This document shows positions 59,294-64,000 of a stretch of 64,000 nucleotides of DNA, in pieces. The notes beneath the pieces are model-generated. The model did not search any database. It was not told the origin of the DNA and saw only the letters and a list, made by a program, of their open reading frames with translations. Position 1 is the stretch's first letter. Each line of letters starts with the position of its first letter. This stretch comes from the human T2T-CHM13v2.0 reference genome, Homo sapiens. Location of the stretch: NCBI RefSeq assembly GCF_009914755.1, contig NC_060932.1; one strand, written 5' to 3'. Both the position numbers and the translations under genes were made by a program.

Positions 59294-59640
59294 CACCAAA
59301 ATTCTGTATTTTACATTTGTCATACTTGTGTTTTTCTTAAAAGTTTTAGCATATATGTTTCTATTATGAAGCAATATATTGTTAGTTTTGCTTGCTGTTT
59401 TTAAACTTTCAACATGAAATATTTGATACAGGAAAAACTGTATTTATTTCTTTACATGTTATACATGCATTTTCCATTACAGTGGAAAAACACCAGTGAA
59501 CCCACCACTTAACACCAGAACTAGAATATCTTCAAAACCCTTGCCTTTCTACCTGTATGCTCTTTATGCCACCCTCCTAATTTTCCTTTATCAAGGCAAC
59601 AACTAGCCTAAATTTTGCACTCATTAGGTTTGTTCTTTAG

Positions 59641-59944
59641 TTTTGTTTGTTTGTTTGTTTGTTTTTGAGACAGTCTCACTCTGTTGCCCAGGTTGGAATG
59701 CAGTGATGCAATCTTGGCTCACTGGAAACTCCGCCTCCCAGGTTCAACTGCTTCTGGTGCCTCAGCCTCCCGAGTAGCTGGGATTACAGGCGTGTGCCAC
59801 CACGCCAAGCTAATTTTTGTATTTTTAGTAGAGACGGGGTTTCGCATGTTGGCCAGGCCGCTCTCAAACTCCTGACCTCAGGTGATCCATCTGCCTTGGC
59901 CTCCCAAAGTGCTGGGATTACAGGCATCAGCCACCGTGCCCAGC
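59641..59944 (-). mobile_element. AluSx-like
   Basis: Full antisense dimer with a (TTTG)n tail. 20-bp TSD TAGGTTTGT(T/C)CTTTAGTTTT. Confidence 0.95.
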
Positions 59945-61082
59945 TAGGTTTGTCCTTTAGTTTTATGACATATAAATGTGTATGTGTATCAGTATGTGCC
60001 TTATTGTGTCCAGGACATGGTGTAGTTTTGCTTATTAGTTGTATGAAATAATGTTAGGCTGTTTGTAATCTTATGCAACTTGCTTTTTCCATTCCTTATT
60101 ATTGTTCTAAGATACATCCATGTTATTTATAAGGGAAGTTAATCATTTTCACTAGTTTAATATCCTATTGGGTAATTATAATATAAACAAGTATATATGT
60201 GTAATACACAAATATGTGATATATAATATATAAAATATTATAAATTATTTTATAATATATAGTAACTGTCCCAGGAATATGACACAAAGGATATCACAAA
60301 TAGCAGACATACTTTATTTCTGGGTAAAACTTGCTCTGTACCACTAACTAACTGAACACTTCCCTAGTTGAGAGGGACTGGGCAGTATGGAAACATATAC
60401 TCTACTTTTCTTAGACTAGCATTCGAATAAATGATCTTTCCTAGTACACTATTTGTGGGCTCTACTATCTTCCCATTTAACTTCATTTTTAACCTTTTAT
60501 TTTTCAATTGTGTAGAAAAAATATGTATCTATATACAGCTTATTATTTACAGTGAAAATCCATGTAATCATCATCCAGATCAATCAATAGAATAATGTCT
60601 CCATCTTATAAACCCTCTCTGTTTCTTAGCAATTATACTTCCAATTACACGAACATACAAAATTAATCACTATTCTAGCTTTTATAATAGTCACTTCCTC
60701 CCTTTTCTTTAACATATAACCACTTAAACATGCATAGCAAACATTTTGGGTAGGTTTATTGTAAATGTGCTCATAGTTTATGTCTGGATTTTTCACTCAA
60801 AATTACTTTTGTGAGTTTCACCCCCATTGCTGCATGTAGCTATAATTTATATATGTGCATTGCTTAATAGTATTCCCAAAGGTCAGGAAGATATTATTTA
60901 ATATTTTCTTCTAATCACTTTATAATTTTACTTTTCACACTTGGATTCTGAAATGTACTTGTAATGATTTTTTGTGCATGTTGTGAGATAAGAGTCAAAA
61001 TCATTTTCTTTTTTTTCATGTTTTATACCATATAGGTATTCACATTGTATATTCAATATGGTAACACCATTTATTGAAAGGA

Positions 61083-61378
61083 TTTTTGTTTTATTTTGAG
61101 ACAGGGTCTCACTCTGTCACCCAGGCTGGAGTGCAGTGGCAAAATTTCGGCTCACTACAGCCCTGACCTCTTAGGTTCAAGCAATCTGCCCACCTCAGCC
61201 TCCAGAATAGCTGGGACTACAGGCCCACACCACCACACCTGGCTAATTTTTGTATTATTTTGTAGAGACAGGGTTTCACCATGTTGTCCAGGCTGGTCTA
61301 AAACTCCTGAGCTCAAGTGATCCACCTACCTTGGCCTCCCAAAGTCCTGGATTACAGGCGTGGGTCACTGCACCATCC
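61083..61378 (-). mobile_element. AluJ
   Basis: GAGACAGGGTCTCACTCTG...CTCCTGAGCTCAAGTGATCC. TSD TGAAA(G/A)GATTTTT. Confidence 0.92.
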
Positions 61379-62821
61379 CTGAAAAGATTTTTCTTTCCTC
61401 ATTGTTCTGGAGGGCTACTTTTGTCATAAATCAAGTGCTCCTATATGCTTGGTTATGTAGGAATCTCTATTGTGTTCCATTTACTTATTTATTCATCCTT
61501 GCACACATGCTACACAACTGCTTACAGGTTTTTTTGTATATACATCTAAATGCATGTGTATATATGTAGGTGTATATTGTTTTTCCAGGTCAGGGAATAC
61601 TTTTGTTCTGCTTTTCTTACTTCTTTTGTAAATAGGATTTGACCTTTATCTTCCAGCATTTACTTTTCCACCTAAATCTTGGATTCATTTCCAATATTAT
61701 AAATAATCTATTTAAAAGGCCAGTCAGTACTGTCAAGGGAATTCTTTCTCAGAGAGGCATTAACACCAAAGTGAAGTACTACTTTTGACCAGCAACTTCT
61801 GGATAAGGCGTTTTGGCAGACTAAGCTGTACATTTATAACAAGAAGGGCATTTTTCTTTGGTAGCTGGAATGACAATTACTTTATATTAACACTATTCAA
61901 AAATACTACCACCTCCTAAATTAATTAAGAATATCCCTTTAAGCTCAGTTACATCCGCAGGTACCTCTTATGGTTCTTGGAGGAGTAAAGTTGTCCAGGA
62001 AGCCATCATTAATTCATTCAACAGAGAGGTACTGGATGTCTCTTCACTTTGTAGCATTTCTTTGGTTCTTTAGCCATTCTTTTGTTTTTAAAAGTAAAGT
62101 ATGTGCTGGAATACATATTTAGCCATGTGAGGAAGAACAAAAGCAAAAGAATGAAGTATTGCCTCCAAAGTTTTGGCTAATGAAGTCTGACGAGTCATTT
62201 GAGATCATGTTCATTTTCACAATGAAATCTATCTTTGATTATACTGAAATAAAAGTTAGAGTATTCTGTGCTATAAAATGTTCGTAATAGCTAACAGCTC
62301 TTCTAAGATCACATTGTTTACCTGACTCAGTATTTGCAAAATCCTACAGTTGTGTTTAGTGTATACTGATCTATGATATACCTAGCCTCTATCCTTAGCA
62401 GGGAGGAAATCTCTTTCTGGATTAGAACCCTGCCCCAACAACAACAACAAAAATAAGCAGGGTGTATTCCTAAATTTGGTCTTGCCAATCTCATCTGTGG
62501 CAGCATATAATTGAACCAATTTTCACTTCAGTGAAGACATTGGACTCAGCTACCTGCAAAGGACATCAACACTATGGAGATGCTCTTTGCTTTGATCTTG
62601 TCCTCCGCTGAAGACATCAGGCTTAGCAACATTCCTGCGTGTCTAGAATATCTGTTCTCCCTTTGCTCCAAGGGTAAGTCCATGAACAACCTCTGTCTTA
62701 TAAAGTGAGGTTTTTCTTGTTGCTATATTTGCTAGCCAAAGAAGACTAAAACCACCCCTTAAGCAGGTCTTTTTCTTCCAAGTACAAATCTACTGTTTGG
62801 GCAGTATTCAGAAGAAAATGA

Positions 62822-63222
<401 letters not shown>

Positions 63223-63590
63223 TGAGATAAGACTTATTTTGGAAGATATTGCTCCTGGGGAAGAATATACCAGGTATCATTGCCTTGTTCCACTAATTTA
63301 ACAATATGCTCAATGGTTTGGCTCTTGGTCAAGGATTCATCTTTTGTATTACAGTGAAATAAAAGAATTGAAGCACTCCAAACTCCTTGCATTTTTGTGC
63401 ACCAATATATTTATCTGTCCATAATTTTGACCTTGACATTCAGTGCTGATATAGAAGTAAATTTTACCTTTTTAGACAATTTTTTGGCTGTGGTTTTAGT
63501 ATCCATTGTGTTTATAAGCCACTACTGGCTGGCACAAATAATCTGTTTTCTTAGCCCTCCCATCATAGGGATAGTTATGTACCGATTTTT

Positions 63591-63638
63591 TCTGCTTCAA
63601 CAAATTCTCTGCAGTCTGCTTCAACAAATTCTCTGCAG
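63591..63638. repeat. Perfect 24-bp tandem duplication within the IARS2 retrocopy
   Basis: TCTGCTTCAACAAATTCTCTGCAG occurs twice, giving AENLLKQ twice in ORF 63496-63729. Confidence 0.95.
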
Positions 63639-64000
63639 CTGAAAGCATCTTTATAACCACAACAGTTCCCGCTTCAAGTTTGGTCTTAAAGTTCATAACC
63701 TGAAACATTCGTGAAAATTCTGTCTTCATCCACTAAACAATCAATTGACAGGTTGTTTGAGAAGTCACACTGTTATCTTCCACAACATGAACTGGGACTG
63801 TGTAAATCAATTCTTTCCCTTTTGTCATGGTTATACAATTTGCAGGTAAAAGAGGGGAGATTTTATCAGGAATTATAGGATGAGTACAAGTACCATTTTT
63901 CAAAAATACACCTGAAAATGTTGAAATAACTTCAAATGTTTCCAAATTAGAGGTGACAGATTTTACTTTATCTGCAGCAAGTACTGTATGTAGATGTCTC

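Larger units (their letters stand above)
59400..61525 (-). mobile_element. Degenerate L1ME-type fragments, interrupted by Alus
   Basis: CAACTTGCTTTTTCC...AGATACATCCATGTT, CACCATTTATTGAAA and TCTCTATTGTGTTCCATT. Boundaries are approximate. Confidence 0.6.

Overview
Primate, almost certainly human, AT-rich intergenic or intronic DNA dominated by repeats. I found no intact protein-coding gene, functional RNA gene, CRISPR array or prokaryotic system. There are two processed pseudogenes on the minus strand. One is a VTA1 retrocopy (~38.96-39.86 kb) inside an old L1M. The other is an IARS2 retrocopy (~61.53 kb to the window end) split by an Alu. From memory, unverified, this pair suggests the VTA1P2/IARS2P1 region of 8q21.3. 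Other content: three 5'-truncated L1PA elements, many L1M/L2/L3/MIR fragments, about 11 Alu or monomer copies, a complete THE1D, several solo LTRs, two MER58A and a near full-length Hsmar2. The most interesting non-routine signals are: a ~90-bp-arm inverted repeat at 10.3-10.5 kb; a tailless 5'-half tRNA-Cys retrocopy with a target-site duplication (TSD); an L1 5'UTR-only insert whose orientation conflicts with its TSD; shared non-consensus variants between two neighbouring L1PAs (possible gene conversion); a divergent pair of strong CTCF motifs; and an exon-sized deletion in the IARS2 retrocopy. I see no evidence of a new biological system. Repeat subfamily names and parent-gene comparisons come from recalled consensus sequences, and boundaries of old repeats are approximate.
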